64,000 nt of DNA from Azolla caroliniana (GCA_043228905.1 JBHGNT010000002.1:17112001-17176000); one strand, 5' to 3'. Counted from the first letter of the stretch, positions 39,146 to 53,345 are shown. The notes: generated by a model not told the origin, from the letters alone. Numbers and translations are program-made.

Positions 39146-41332
39146 CCTCGGTTGCTGCCGAGGGTCTCGCGATTCCTCTCATGGTTTGGACGTACGGTCA
39201 TGAATTGGACGGAATGCCGACCATCTTGGCTCTTGACGCGCGCGTACGCCGAAACCTTCGTCTCCATGCGTGCTGCCATAATGTACGGTTCGCCGAGAAT
39301 CACCGGGTGCGAGGATGTTTCCTGCACGAAGAAATGTTGATCTATCTCGACGTCACCAATCTTTACGCGTACATTTGGGCACGCACAATGCAGTTCCTTC
39401 ATAGCACGCGTCGCCGCGCGTATCTTCCACCCATGCTTGGTGTTGATCGGCCATTTACCCTTCTTGTAGAAATCCATGGACATGAGGTTGATTTCAGACC
39501 CATGGTCTACCAAGGCCACCACCAGTTCCGGAACATGGCTGATCCGCACAGGGGTTTCCGTAGTTGCCCTGGCCCAATGCGGCTTCGCGTAGTGGCTTTC
39601 CGCCAACTCTTCTTCTAGGGTCGTGTCTTCTAAGTGCGTAGTCCACACCTCCACCGACTTCTTCGGTTCCGGCTCTGTCGAGAGCCTTTTCCGCTTCACC
39701 AAGTCTACAATGGAGTCATGGAACTCCCTCTTGGCGATTCCCAGCACCTCCCGCAACAACAGCTCCACTTTATTGTCGAGGATCCGCTCTTCAAGGACCT
39801 TCCGTAGGTCCGTTGCTCTCTCGATTTAGGTGCTCAACCGAAACCCCGCCTGCTTCTTCCCATCCGGCGCGCCTAGGTTGCCGGCACCGGTCGGTTTCGG
39901 TCTGAACCGAGTCTCGTACCTCTGCAGGGGACCGACCCCTCCGACCTTTCCTGCCCGTTTGTCTTCCACGAGAACCTCGTAGTTCTGGCAAGCGGTTTCT
40001 ACGAAGCCCGTTTTCTCTTCGACCGGATCGTCCCATCCGATGACCTCCTAGACCTGTTGTTCCGCGTGGTCTGCCTCTTCCTTCTTCAGCCAAAATCTGA
40101 AGAGGCCTTCTAGCACTAGTGGCCAGAATTCGGAGTCCTTCGCCTTCCGGGACTCATCACCCCCGACCCGAATTCCTACCGACGCTGAGTAGTTAACGGC
40201 TTCTACATGCCGTGCCGCGGCCTCTTCCATCAACCTCTTCATTCTGCCGCACCTCGTATTCAGTTGTAGGGCTCTCCGGGTCTCGCTCGCGTGCACCCGC
40301 CCATTGCAGAGGAACACAACGTTGGTCCTGAGTGTGTCGGCGAAATCTGTGCAATCCTTCCGAATGTGACCGATCGCGTCACACCACATGCACGGCTGCC
40401 CAGCCGGCGGCCTCCGGTCGTGAGGTTGTTCGCCGCTGTCTCTCCAGAGCCGCTCCTCCGGATGGGCCTTTGACCACGTCGTTCGATGCTGACCCCGACT
40501 CCAGCCAAATTCGGTCTCTTCCTTCCTACCGGCTGGCACCGATACCGGCTCCTTGAGCCTCCTCGCCGGGACCGGTCCTGAATCCAACGAGCTTTCGTCG
40601 CTCCACTTGCGCCGTTTGTCGAAACGGCTGCAGACCCATTTTACCACGACCCAGTCTGCCGTGAGCCCTTCGTCCGCCTCCAATAGGGGACCCACCTTTT
40701 CCCTGTCGAGCGCGTCGACTGACTTGACAAACAGTAGTACTCGACTCGTTTCGAGCATGGTCTGGTCTAGTGTCGACAACCGCGCGAATCGTGTTTTGAA
40801 CTCCTGGAGGAGCGCCGACGTGTTCCTCCCTTTTCTGGGGCTTTCCACCCACGACATGAAGTCCCGCCTCGATAGCCGAAGCGAGTCGTCAAACCCGTAC
40901 TTCTCGAGGAGCTACAACTCGAACTCCTCCCAAGTCTGGCATCCGGCCAACACCTCGAGCACCTCCGCGTGGATGCTCGGCGTCACCACCCGAGGGAATC
41001 CGGACAACCGCCTGTCCACCGGGATATCCCTCATGATCATTTCGGCCCGGTAAGCCTCCAAATAACTTGTGGCGTCTTTCCCTCCGAACCGGCCTATAGT
41101 GCCGACGATCGATTCAATGGCTCTGTCGAGGGTACCCGTCCCCTCACGAGCGCTTACCAGCCGGTCGACATCTACCGCCATTGCCTCTGCTAGCTCCGAT
41201 CCCCTCATCTTTCGACTCCTTTGCCACCTTTTCACGTCGGGTTCACCAAAGATGTCGCGTTGTTACGTGCGTGCGTGTAGAAAGAGGCGGGACCACAGGG
41301 GCCTTGAACCGAGGAGCGAGAGAGAGAGAGAG

Positions 41333-42558
41333 AGATAGATAGATAGATAGATTATATTATCGTCTTCGGAGATCAAATATGACCTATGAGACCAAAAATA
41401 TTACATTTCACGTTATACGTGTGAAAGTGAGTAGTGACTCTCGATGTTCAAGAACTTTACCAATGAATGTTGCAATCGAGAGTGCACATTGTGGTTGTGA
41501 GAGGAATTCATGCAAAGATTGGGCTCGATCGAAGAGATGTGGAAAGCATGGTCGAATATGATCAAAGGCAGAGCATTGTATCAAAGTGTGATACTCAGAC
41601 TCGCGAACTTGTTTAGGGCAAAGTGTGCATACCCGACCACTCTCATCACTTGTACCCCAACGCCCTGTTTCACATCGCAATGCATGTGAGCTAAGTCGCA
41701 TGGAAGCAATGGTTCGAATGGCAGATAACGGTATGGGCTCTAACATGTATGGATGTGTACGATTTCCCCGTTCCGCAAAGAATATGGTTTTGTAGTTAGG
41801 TGCAACATGTGTAGTATAATGTGTGAAGCGTGAGCCTCCACATTTGTCCCATGTCATGATACATTGGCGTTGCAAAAATGCCTCATTTACAGAGGAATCT
41901 AATGATGCATCATGAAGCAAGTGTCTCGCATCCCATCTACCAAACCATTTTTCTATATCTTGCATCCAACCGGAACACAAAATTTTGCTTTTATGCGTCT
42001 TTTGGATCTTTTTGCTTGCTTCCCACGCAATTCTAGGAAGTCGATGTGAGGGACTTTTTTGAACCTTAAGCATGTATTCAACAACCCTTTCCATGGCCAT
42101 GATCTCAATGGGAAGCGATCCCGTTTCAAGGAGGAGGAGGGTGTAGGGCGTTTGTTTCTTAACTTGTAGAAACTTGGTAAGAAAATGCTTTTGGACATTT
42201 TCAAACTCTTTCCACATAGACTTAGGGATGCTACCGCCCCATACTTCCACCCCATAGAGAAGAACTGGTGTCACCAAAGTGTCAAAAAGATATTTCTTGA
42301 GGACCCAACACTTAATATCTCCAAGATTGCATGTGTTCTCAAATGCATAGTATGCTCGTTTGCCCGCCTCTAAGCGGCGTGTAGCACATTCATTCCATCT
42401 ATGATTTGAAGGAACTTCAAGGCCAAGATATTTGAAGCTTTCCACACATTCAAGTGGCTCATTGTTGTACATAATGCATGGTTTATCTCTTTTTTGGCTC
42501 TTCACAAGCATAATCTTTGTTTTAGAGCTATTGACACTTAATTTAGCATGCATGCAAA
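41333..42558 (-). mobile_element. 5'-truncated RTE-like LINE with (ATCT)n tail, inserted in the (GA)n tract of the E LTR
   Basis: KLSVNSSKTKIM, ECVESFKYLG, TPVLLYGVEVW, LRCETGRW, C..C....ESEYH.LIQC; the ORF 41408-42637 C-terminus is intact. Confidence 0.9.
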
Positions 42559-44982
42559 GAGAGAGAGAAGAGGAGAGGAGAAGAGATTTGCAGGTACACA
42601 AAGGGGAGAAGGACAGAGAAAGAAACAGAACACTCAATTACAGTAACAATCGATTACAATATCAAGAGATTACAAACTCTGACGATTACAACCGGCTAGG
42701 CGGCGATGGACCCGACACGGGGATCCTACTCACACACACATGCAGGACACATTGGACCCCAGAAAAAAAGAAGCGTAGAAGGGAGAGCCTCTACTGGCAG
42801 CGCACGGGATACCCACGAAGCAGAGGCGTGGAACTCCCAGCACCCACAGAGAATGACGATTGGAGGAGGAGAGAGAGCTCGACACTCGGTCCTGCAACAC
42901 TTCGTCCTCCCTTACGTGCGATACCTTTTCTTCCTTCTCTCCCTCCTTAAATAGTTCGCAAAGGGGAGACCCTTCTTCCTTAGTCCAATCGCTTTATTCC
43001 CTGTCCCTTCCGACAGAGATACGCACAAATCCCCTAATAAATGTGTACTACCTAGTATTTACATCAGCCGACCTAATTATGAATTATGTACAAAATATCA
43101 ATTCTCGCGTCCACCCGTGTAAGAGCCGGTTCATGCGCCTTTTTCTCCGATTCCGCCCATGGCCAGTTTTCTTCACAACAATGCACGCGCGTAATAACGC
43201 GACATATTCGGTGAACCCGACGTGAAGGGCGGGAAGGGAGAATGGAGCTGGAAGAAGACGACTTCACGCACCTTTTTGTTGAAGCGGTGAGGGAGTTTAT
43301 ACGAGCAACAGCAAGCCGAGAGTCAGCGCACCAAGCGATTGAGCGGGTGGTCAATCGAGTCGGCTGTTTCAATGGGGACAAGGTCCCATTTGACTTGGAA
43401 GCCTACAACGCGGAAATGGAAGTGCGTGGCGTAGATGAGGCGTTGAGGCTGGAGTTCTTTTGTCGGGTCATAGCTGTCCGGATGCATGCGGAAGTAAAGG
43501 AGCTCCGTGAGGCTCATATGTCGTGGGAAGCCTTCGAAGAGGCGCTCCTGAAGGCATATGGAGGGTGGCCGAAAGGCCGGGGAAGGCGTGACTTCGACCA
43601 ATGGATATCGTCGGCGAAGACCCACCGGGGCGCAATGAAGGCGTTCAGAGAGTACAAGTGACGGCTTGCTCGGCTCCTGGAGTGGGAACAAGGTTTGGTG
43701 GGGGCGGACAAAGTCTTATTGTTCGTTAAGTCGATCGATCGAGCGGAACGGGAGGCCATCAGGATTGAGCTCGAAGACGAGGACGGAGCGAATGGCCTCA
43801 CCGAGGACTGGTCGAAGGTCAGAAGGGTGTGCCAACGGCTAGATGACAAGCGAGCCGAGAAGGCTAAGGGGAAGGCGCGCGATGGCGTGCCATCACAGCG
43901 GGAAGAGGCTGAACGGCAAAGAGAGTCGGCAAGGGTCGGCGTTGGGGCCAAGATTGCGGAGGCGCACGCCGCAAGCCAAGACCAAGGAGATGAACTTGCC
44001 CCATGCGATGGCGGAAGACTGGTACGACGGTACCACGGGAGAGGGTGAGGAGCAAGACGCCCTCTCGACTTGCGGAGAATTGCCGACCAAGGACAAGGTC
44101 GGGAGTGGAGAAGAGCCCTCGACGTGGATTCTGGAGACTCCGGTGGTCGAGCCCGTGTGTTGACATGAGATCGGAGAGAAGGAAGGTGCTGACGAGGAGT
44201 CTTGGCATGATGCCAGTGAAGAGGGATGGGAAACGGCCTGTGAGGAGGCCAAGGACGGAGGCGGCATGGAAAGATCAGCATTCCGATTTGGATGGGGCGT
44301 GATCCGGATGTGGATGACTCGACCGAAACCGGCCCAACGCGCGAAAGACCAGGGACAGGTTATAGAGCCCAATCGGTAGGGCTCGGTTCGGTACAATAGT
44401 GCCGGCGCGCAAGAGGGTGCGAAACAAATCGCCCTCTTTTACATGAGGACACAAGCTGGCTAAGACGAAGGCCGCAAATTGGGAAGCTAGCGATCGAGGT
44501 TGCGGAGAGAGACCGGCAGGTTTCGGACACCGTTGCCCGAAACTCTGGACATTGGAGAATCAAGTGCAAGTAGCACTTGATCGATCGAAGTCTAGATGCT
44601 TCTCACCGAACGTACTTGGGAGCGGTACCCCGAACGAGCATCCGCAAATCATTACGGGATGGAAACACCACGTCTTATCCGGAGACTCAGGCAGCCGACA
44701 ACGAGCGCCGGTGCGAGACTTGGAGAGATGGGAGATGGAGGCGGGTACGCGAGAAGGAGAGCAACGACGAGTTCGGGAGAAGTACAAAGGATGAAGAGGA
44801 GAACGAAGACCGGTCCTACAGAGGTCCTCCCACCGATCCGGCTATCGGCCCGAGTGCTGGCGTGTCTCCTATAGGAGAGAGCAGTGGCGACAGGAGAACG
44901 GGACCCGACAATCCAGAGAATGACGGACGAGAACTGGGCGGAGCGGACTTCCGGATAACCATTCCGGGAGGGAGGAAGAGGA

Positions 44983-45682
44983 TGTTAGAAATCAACGCTT
45001 TCAATTTCTTCACCTCTCGGCCACAACTGAGGAAACACGAATCAATGCAGCAGAAAATCGATAACACAGAGAGAGACTCGAATGCACAGGGTTTAGCGTG
45101 GAAAAACCCTAGACGGGAAAAAAACCACGGGAGTGCAACACTCCAACTATCACTATACGCAGGGAATGTACAATGGCGAGCTGCAAGGCGACGACCTTGA
45201 GCTCGCTGTCCTCGCCACAGGCGGCGGTATTACACAGAGGCGTCGACCTCTTCCTTTCTCTCTCTCTCTCTCTCACTCTCTCTCTCTGGGCTGCTCTCAC
45301 TTCGCTCCCTCTAAGTGGAAAACAGAAAAATGAGCAACAACAACTAAACTGTTTGCCCTAAGTCATATTTATACACATATGACTTTCGGGCTATTTACAA
45401 ATATAGCCTCAAGGGCCCTTGGCAAACATATTCACAAATATGTCCCCGCATCCGGATCTCTCTCCGGGTACATTCGTCATCCGGCTCCGTAGCCGGGGTC
45501 TTCATCATCCGGATCCAGAACCGGGTCTTCATCATCCGGCTCCGTAGCCGGGGTCTTCATCATCCGGATCCAGAACCGGGTCTTCATCATCCGGCTCCGG
45601 AACCGGGTTCTCCTCATTCGGGTCTTCATTCCCGATTCCCGGACATCCGACCATCCCATCCGGAGGGACCGTAATCCCAACA
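44983..45682 (-). mobile_element. Copia-type solo LTR (700 bp) related to the copia B LTR, with an internal ~55-bp tandem repeat
   Basis: TGTT..AACA ends; perfect TSD GAGGA at 44978-44982 and 45683-45687; tandem repeat at ~45478-45630. Confidence 0.9.
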
Positions 45683-46190
45683 GAGGAGGCCTACGAAGAG
45701 GCCGGGGACACGGTACATCAGTACCACGAGAGAGGGTGTGGAGCGAGCCACCCTCTCGGCTTGCGAAAGAAGGAAGACCCAGGATAAGGGTCAGAGATAC
45801 GACGAGCCTGAGGAGGATCCTTCACACCAGTTCTAGAGACTCCGACGGTCGGCCCGAGAGCCAGCGTTAGGCCTGTGTATCGAGCCGGGACTTCTAGTGT
45901 TTCTGTTTGCTGCCCCGTCCCCTGTGCAAGACCCCGCTCGGCGCGACAAGCCCGAGAGCTCCCCGATCGACGGCTTGGCAGTAGATGACTATTGCAACCT
46001 GAGCTACTTAGGTCGGGCTCGATGCCAGTATTGTATCCTAATCTTGTAATATATGTGTGGAGGGTTCTGGGTATCATGTGTCTGTGTGGGTGTTTTGGTG
46101 TTCTCTTACCTCCATTTCTGTACATAAGGGCGTGAGGTGGGTCGGCGTGGTGCATGTGTGTGTGTGTCTGTGAGTCGGTGTCAAGCGCGC

Positions 46191-46224
<34 letters not shown>

Positions 46225-47768
46225 AGTGCCAAGTGAATATATGCTTGCAATTTCCCGAATTTATGCGAAGGTTATATGTTGTGTGTGCATGAGAGATAAA
46301 CTTTCAGATTTTTTCAAAAGCACTATTGGTGTTAAGCAAGGATGCCCACTCTCACCAACACTATTTGGTTTATGCATTGATGAATTGGAAGAAATGGTTA
46401 CCAAGTTTGCAAAGGAAGAATGTGTTGAAGAAGTTGCCATTGGGAATGTTATAATTATGGTTTTGCTATATGCAAATGATGTAGTGCTTTTTGCAAATAC
46501 TTTAGGAGATGCACAAAAGCTTATGAAGGCATTGGAAATTTTTTGCATGCATACTAAATTAAGTGTCAATAGCTCTAAAACAAAGATTATGCTTGTGAAG
46601 AGCCAAAAAAGAAATAAACCATGCATTATGTACAACAATGAGCCACTTGAATGTGTGGAAAGCTTCAAATATCTTGGCCTTGAAGTTCCTTCAAATCATA
46701 GCTGGAATGAATCTGCTACACGCCGCTTAGAGGCGGGCAAGCGAGCATACTATGCATTTGAGAACACATGCAATCTTGGAGATATTAAGTGTTGGGTCCT
46801 CAAGAAATATCTTTTCGACACTTTGGTGACACCGGTTCTTCTCTATGGGGTGGAAGTATGGGGCGGTAGTATCCCTAAATCTATGTGGAAAGAGTTTGAA
46901 AATGTCCAAAAGCATTTTCCTACCAAGTTTCTACAAGGTAAGAAACAAACGCCCTACACCCTCCTCCTCCTTGAGACGGGATCGCTTCCCATTGAGATCA
47001 TGGCCATGGAAAGGGTTGTTGAATACATGCTTAAGGTTCAAAAAAGTCCCTCACATCGACTTCCTAGAATTGCGTGGGAAGCAAGCAAAAAGATCCAAAA
47101 GACGCATAAAAGGAAAATTTTGTGTTCCGGTTGGATGCAAGATATAGAAAAATGGTTTGGTAGATGGGATGCGAGACACTTGCTTCATGATGCATCATTA
47201 GATTCCTTTGTAAATGAGGCATTTTTGCAACGCCAATGTATCATGACATGGGACAAATGTGGAGGCTCACACTTCACACATTATACTACACATGTTGCAC
47301 CTAACTACAAAACCATATTCTTTGCGGAACGGGGAAATCGTACACATCCATACATGTTAGAGCCCATACCGTTATCTACCATTCGAACCATTGCTTCCAT
47401 GCGACTTAGCTCACATGCATTGCGATGTGAAACAGGGCGTTGGGGTACAAGTGATGAGAGTGGTCGGCTATGCACCCTAAACAAGTTCGCGAGTCTGAGT
47501 ATCACACTTTGATACAATGCTCTGCCTTTGATCATATTCGATCATGCTTTCCACATCTCTTTGATCGAGCCCAATCTTTGCATGAATTCCTCTCACAACC
47601 ACAATGTGCACTCTCGATTGCAACATTCATTGGTAAAGTTCTTGAACATCGATAGTCGCTACTCACTTTCACATGTATCACGTGAAATGTAATATTTTTG
47701 GTCTCATAGGTCATATTTGACCTCCAAAGATGATAATATAATCTATCTATCTATCTATCTATCTATCT
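46225..47768 (+). mobile_element. 5'-truncated RTE-like LINE with (ATCT)n tail, inserted in the (CT)n tract of the D 3' LTR
   Basis: GVKQGCPLSPTLF, LLYANDVVL (YADD position), FKYLG; near-identical to 41333-42558. Confidence 0.92.
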
Positions 47769-50700
47769 CGTTCGGTTGCTTCCGGAACGCGTCCAGAATC
47801 GTCTTCTTGGCTTCCCTTCTTCCCTCGTTCGAGACCCCCATGGTCCCGCCCTTCTATACGCACGCGCGTAATAATGTGACAACGGATGGATTCCCTCTCC
47901 CATTCACGGATAGCGTTCTCGACACGGTGGCAGGTCACGAATGCTACAACTTTCTAGAATGGTTCAGTGGTTACAACCAAATCAGAATGCACCCGGATGA
48001 TCAAGAGAAAACAACATTTGTCACGGAATGGGGTGTTTTCGTGGCAGAAGTAATGATGTTCGGTTTAAAAACGGCACCGGCCACGTTCCAACGCATCATC
48101 ACCGAAATTTTTAACGAATATATCCGGCATGCATGCAAGTCTTTCTCGATGACTTTGTCGTATATGGTCAGCGACTGGAACACATGACCCAGTTACGTCT
48201 CTGTCTTGATCGATGTCGCCAGGCTCGGCCGGCAAAATGCGCTTTCTTGGTCACAAGCGGCAACCTCCTCGGGCACATCGTTAGTCAAGAAGGTATTGCC
48301 ATGGACCCGGATAAAGTACAAGACATCCTAAACGCCCCCGCACCCTTGAACGCAAAAGGCCTCAACCGATTTCTGGGACAAATAAGATGGCACAGCCGGA
48401 TGATATGCCACATGGCCGATTTCGCGACAACACTACACGCGGCAGTGCATCGACTCCCCTTTCAATGGACTTCAATCGAGGACGAGGCTTACCAAGGATT
48501 GAAATTAATGCTCTTGCATGCCCCAGTTATATAGCCCTCGATATGGTTGGAACCTTTTCACGTCTTCATGGACGCATCAGATATCGCCATCGGGAGCGCA
48601 CTTATGCAATGCACACCCGCAAATTGGTATCGGCCAGTGTATTATGCTAGCCGACATCTCTCGGCCGCAGAAAAGAACTATTCAACCACCGAACGAAAGG
48701 CCCTCGGGATGATCTACAACATCAGTAAATTTCGGCATTACCTCTTAGGCCGAAAATTCACATTCACGTCGATCACTCGACCCTCCTTTACCGGGTCAAT
48801 AAACAAGCCCTGACAGGTCGACTGGCTCGATGGATGCTCCTATTACAAGAGTTTGATTTTCATATACAACATCGACCCGGAGTCCAACACGCCGTTGCTG
48901 ACTACCTAAGCCGCCTCGAGTCAGGAGACCTTGTCGAGCCCACGTATGACGATTTACCCGATGCCGGCTTATTTCATCTCACAACGTTGCCAGACAAGAA
49001 AGAAGATGAATGGATCACGGAGATGACCCATTTCCTTAGTACTGGCTTGCCTCCCGACCACATGGCCCTCGATGTCCGAAAACGACTCGCAGTACGTAGC
49101 CACAAGTTTTGTCTAGTTTCCGACATCCTCTACCACAGAGGCTCGGACGAAATATGGCGTCAACCCATTCGACAATTCGAGAAGAAGGCCATAGTCCAAG
49201 AGGCCCACCTAGGAATTGGCGGCAGACACTATGCCGGAGAGTCCACGGCAAGGAAAGTATGGCAGAGTGGGTTATGGTGGCCTACAACGAAAAAGGATGC
49301 CCACAAGTTCTGCCGACAGTGCGACTTGTGCCAACGGTTGGGACAGCCGATGGAACAAGCTCGAATGCCACACCAACCCATTCTTCCATTGGAACCATTT
49401 CAAAAATGGGGGTTAGATTTTGTGGGACCCTTCAAACCAGGCGTGGCCCGAACCGGTAATAAGTATATCATCGTGGCCACGAACTAGTGCACAAAATGGG
49501 TCGAGGCAAAAACTTTACGAGACAACACGGCAACATCCACGGCCAAATTCGTGTACGAACATCTCTGGTGCCGTTATGGATGCCCAATTGAGCTTGTTAG
49601 TGACCAAGGTGGGCACTTTATAAACCATATAATACGCGAGCTGACGACACACTACGTGGTGGTACATAAGAAAAGTACACCATACTACCGGCAGGCAAAT
49701 GGATTGGCCGAATCGACTAACAAAATTCTCCAAACAATCCTGAAGAAGATTGTCAACGAGAACTGCACCGATTGGGATGACAAGCTCTAGAGTGCACTAT
49801 GGGCTTATCACACTACATTCAAAACGGGCATTCAATCCACCCCCTTTCGGATGTCTTTTGGTCTCGAAGTCGTTATGCCCATCGAGTTCCAAGTTCCGAG
49901 TCTCCGAGTTCAAGTTAAAGCATGGCTCCCTGAGGCCCAATCCGAACAATTGAGGCTGGAACAACTCCTTGAACTTGGCAAGGACTGAGTAGCGAGCATG
50001 GCCCAACTTGAACGGCGCCAACGTCAACGGAAAGCCTTTGTGGACTGACATCGGAAAGGATTGGAACAAGAACTGATCATAGGCAAACCGGTCCTCGTTT
50101 TCCAGATGCGACTCGGTGCTATGCCAAGAAAGTTACGATTTCGATGGACCGGCCCCTTCTGGATTATTGACGAGTTTAACGGCACGTTCCAGCTTGGCAC
50201 CCTCGCTGGGGAAATTGTCAAAAGCTGGGTGAATGGATTCCGACTGCGACCGTACCAAGGAAAAACCCCAACCAACCCTTTCGCCGAGTTTCCACGTGTC
50301 CCCCTTGATAAGAACAAACCAACATTCCAAAGTAGACATTAGGTAGGATTAGGCATAGTTTTAGCAATTAGTTAGTTCCACCTACACCACCTACCACATC
50401 ACCCAAATCACGTCATGTTTAGAGGCACACATTAGTCACTTTCACATTCACTTAAGTATTTAAAGGTACATGCACAACATCCAAGGCAAAGCACTAACTC
50501 CCTAGGACATGTGGCCATAATATCCTATTATGGCATCCACGCCCAAGAATCTCCAGGCTCCTCTTCATGCACAAAACCCTAGACGTTCGCTAAAAAACAG
50601 TTACCCCAAGCCCACCCCACACACAGAAGTTTTCTTGCACACCCAGCTTTCATCGCTCCCACGCTCTCAAGCCTCCTCTCGCTCTCAGCGCGATCATTGC

Positions 50701-53345
50701 TCCCACCGCTCTTGCTTAGAAGCCCTCTCTTGTCTTCGTAGCTCCTCTGCCACACCACAACCATCTCCTTCCCTCACTCTGTCTCGGCCTGGTCGAATCC
50801 TCCTTCCCCAATCTTCCACACAGCAGAACCCCGAGTCCATTATGCCTCTTGCAGCTTCACAGGAAACCCGCTCCTGGCTTCAGGAACGAGGATTGGGTGG
50901 TTATTTTAAGGTAATCGATGCCCCTACACACCCTGATGCCCAAGCGGTCGCATGCTGAATCCACCTGGACACAGTCACCAACAATATGATTCGTGCTGCC
51001 TTGGACCTGAAGTGAGGAGGTGATCATGAGGTCGAGATTCCCCTTTCCTCGACCCTAAAGGAATACTTTGGTGCGTATTCTGTATCTGGTAAAGCCTACC
51101 GCACCTACGGTGGATCCAACAAGGCATTCGGAGAACTCGCTCGCATCCTGATGGAGTACGCTGTCGAGAGCTTCCTCGCGGATGCGTGGAATGAGGCGGA
51201 ACCTCGGGGGTCCTGTACCAAAGAGCAAGAGAGGAAGGAGAAGAGACACTCTACGTGTCGGGCGTAGATCCACAGGGACACGACCCTTCGACGCAAAGAC
51301 GCAAGTGGGACAGCGACACAGAAAGACACGAATGTATGTATGTATTAACAAAGACAAACAACAAGAACACAAAGACAACAAAACCACGAAGTCGGTTACA
51401 ACCGAACAAGCCGGCGAACAGATGCCGATGCCTGTTCGTAAACGCACAGAAAGACAAGAGCAGGTTGGAGGTGCTGCCGGAAGCACTCGGGCATTCCTCA
51501 GAGCAGCGCGAGTCTCCCGAAACCTGCACAGAAGGATGCTATGGAGTCTGCGAACGAGAGAGAGAGAGAGAAACCTTCGCACGCAAACCGACAGCACTTC
51601 GTCCTCGACTCCCCGCGATCCTTCGCCCCTCCTCGTCTCCCTCCTTTTATTGGCAAGGAAGGAGCCGTTTCCCCTTTACTTCCTACCTACCGAATCTACC
51701 TAGGATCTCCTATGTACAACATAAGGCGCACGTGCATGAAGAGTCGGTTCCTACGCTCCGGTGCAACGATTCCGCTTGTGGACGGTTTTCTTCACGACAT
51801 CCGCCTCCTCCTAACCGCGCATCCACCGGCATGCGCCAAGTTGAGTTGGGACGGAGAAAACCGGTCCAGCCTTCATTCGCCGCCCGTCGGTTCTTCCTCG
51901 GTTTCGGATCGTTCGTCGTCGCGGTCCAGGTCAACCGGATCCGGCTCGTCGTCGTGACGCTTCTTGAATGCTTTGATCCGCTTCCCCGCTACCGGTATCG
52001 CCATTCTCGTACCGTCGAGTTCCGCCAGATGGTACGTCCCGTTGTCGTTGGCGCTTTGTACCACGTAAGGCCCGAACCACCTTCTTGCAAACTTCCGTGT
52101 CGCTCGGTGCTGGTTGTCAAGGCTGCTGTCGTAGACTAGCACCCAGTCGCCTTCCTCGATCTTCTTCGGTCGGAGCCGGTGCGTTCGGTCGAACCGGGCT
52201 TTGTTCCTCATGCTTGCTTCCCAAAGCTTTTCCGCAGCCTGCTCCACGTCCTCCGGCCTTCGCTCGAGCTGTCGTATACGCGCCGCCAGTAGTTCCTCCC
52301 GACTCATCTCGTCTCCCCAGTCCACGGTTGCCCACGAGGAGATCGTACGTTCCATCGGCATGACCGGCTTCTGCCCAAACATGAGTTCTGCCGGCATGAA
52401 TCCGGTTACCGAACTGTGCGTAGTTCGGTCCGCCCACAACGCGTAAGGCAACAGCCCCGGCCAGTTCCCGACTTGACCTCCGCATGCTCGAACTAACGCC
52501 TTGACGATCGGTCCGTGTCCGCGCTCCACCTTTCCATTCGCCTCCGGATTGTACGCAGTGGTAAGCGAGAGCTTGACTCCTAGCCGGTCGAACAACTCCT
52601 CGGCCTCTTCGGCGTCCAACTCCCCGCGATCAGCCACTATCTTCCCGACGCACCCGTACCGGCATATCACGTCCTCAATCAGGAACCGATGCACGTCCTG
52701 GTGCAGTCCCGGCCACCAGTACTTCCCCTTTATCTTCACGAACGTGGCCCACGTTCCACGGTGTCCAGCCCAAGGGCTGTCGTGGTAGGCCGTCAGCAGG
52801 TCCTCCTGTTCCTCCTTCATCGCCACCACCCGGAGCGGGACGTCGTTCCTCTTCTTCGGGTGCTTCCATAAGTATCCGTCCCGGAGAAAGAATCGGTATG
52901 CTTTCTTCCGGATCCGGTTTGCCTCGTCCCTCGTCCATGACGCATCCGGTGTCGTGAAGATCCGTCACTACGCGCGGATCGTGAGGCGGAACCGCCGGGG
53001 TTCTGGACCAGAAGGATTTAGAGTCGATACAAGATTTGGTGAGAAAGTACTTAAGATAGATTGGGAAAGAGAGAAGATGAGATTACACGATTGATTTCAA
53101 AACGAATTTCTTCCTCTTAATTTTCATAAAAAAAACCGTGTTTTTCTCCTCCCCCTTCCCTCTTTTATAGATGCTCTCATGCATATGATGCATGTGAGGG
53201 TACAAGACATGCATAAATTGCATGTTTGCCATTTGGCGCTTAAGTATTACATGTGGTGCATGCTAACCATGTCACTCATTTTAGCACTCATGGATAAGAA
53301 TTTACATGTAAAAGTACAATGATAGAAATATAATTTTAACTAAAT

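Larger units (their letters stand above)
34543..43180 (-). mobile_element. Element E: full-length degenerate tRNA-Trp-primed gypsy
   Basis: LTRs 34543-35279 and 41253-43180 (the latter split by an RTE); reverse PBS TCACGTCGGGTTCACCA at 41232-41248; PPT at 35280; gag, PR (VDHGSEIN), RT (FLDDIPIKG), RH (VDTSPTGIG), INT; TSD ACGC/ATGC. Confidence 0.92.
33759..47881 (+). mobile_element. Element D: non-autonomous, gag-only member of the tRNA-Trp-primed gypsy lineage
   Basis: 5' LTR 33759-34542 plus 43185-43204; PBS CGGTGAACCCGACGTGA at 43209-43225; gag 43242-~43870 homologous to the gag of E and G; no pol; 5'-truncated 3' LTR ~45873-47881; 4-bp TSD ATGG/ACGG. Confidence 0.85.
30245..51161 (+). 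mobile_element. Athila/Tat-group gypsy element C, degenerate; interrupted by D and F; 3' end outside the window
   Basis: LTR ~30245-30723; PBS TGGCACGCCCGG (tRNA-Arg) at 30727; gag 31041-32290 with CCHC knuckles; PR ~32711; RT 33344-33758 (RVCVDYRNLNAATV) resuming at 47882 (TDGFPLPFTD..GYNQI, FLDD); RH DAS..AIG; INT WGLDFVGP, VSDQGGHF, WTGPF up to 50342. Confidence 0.9.
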
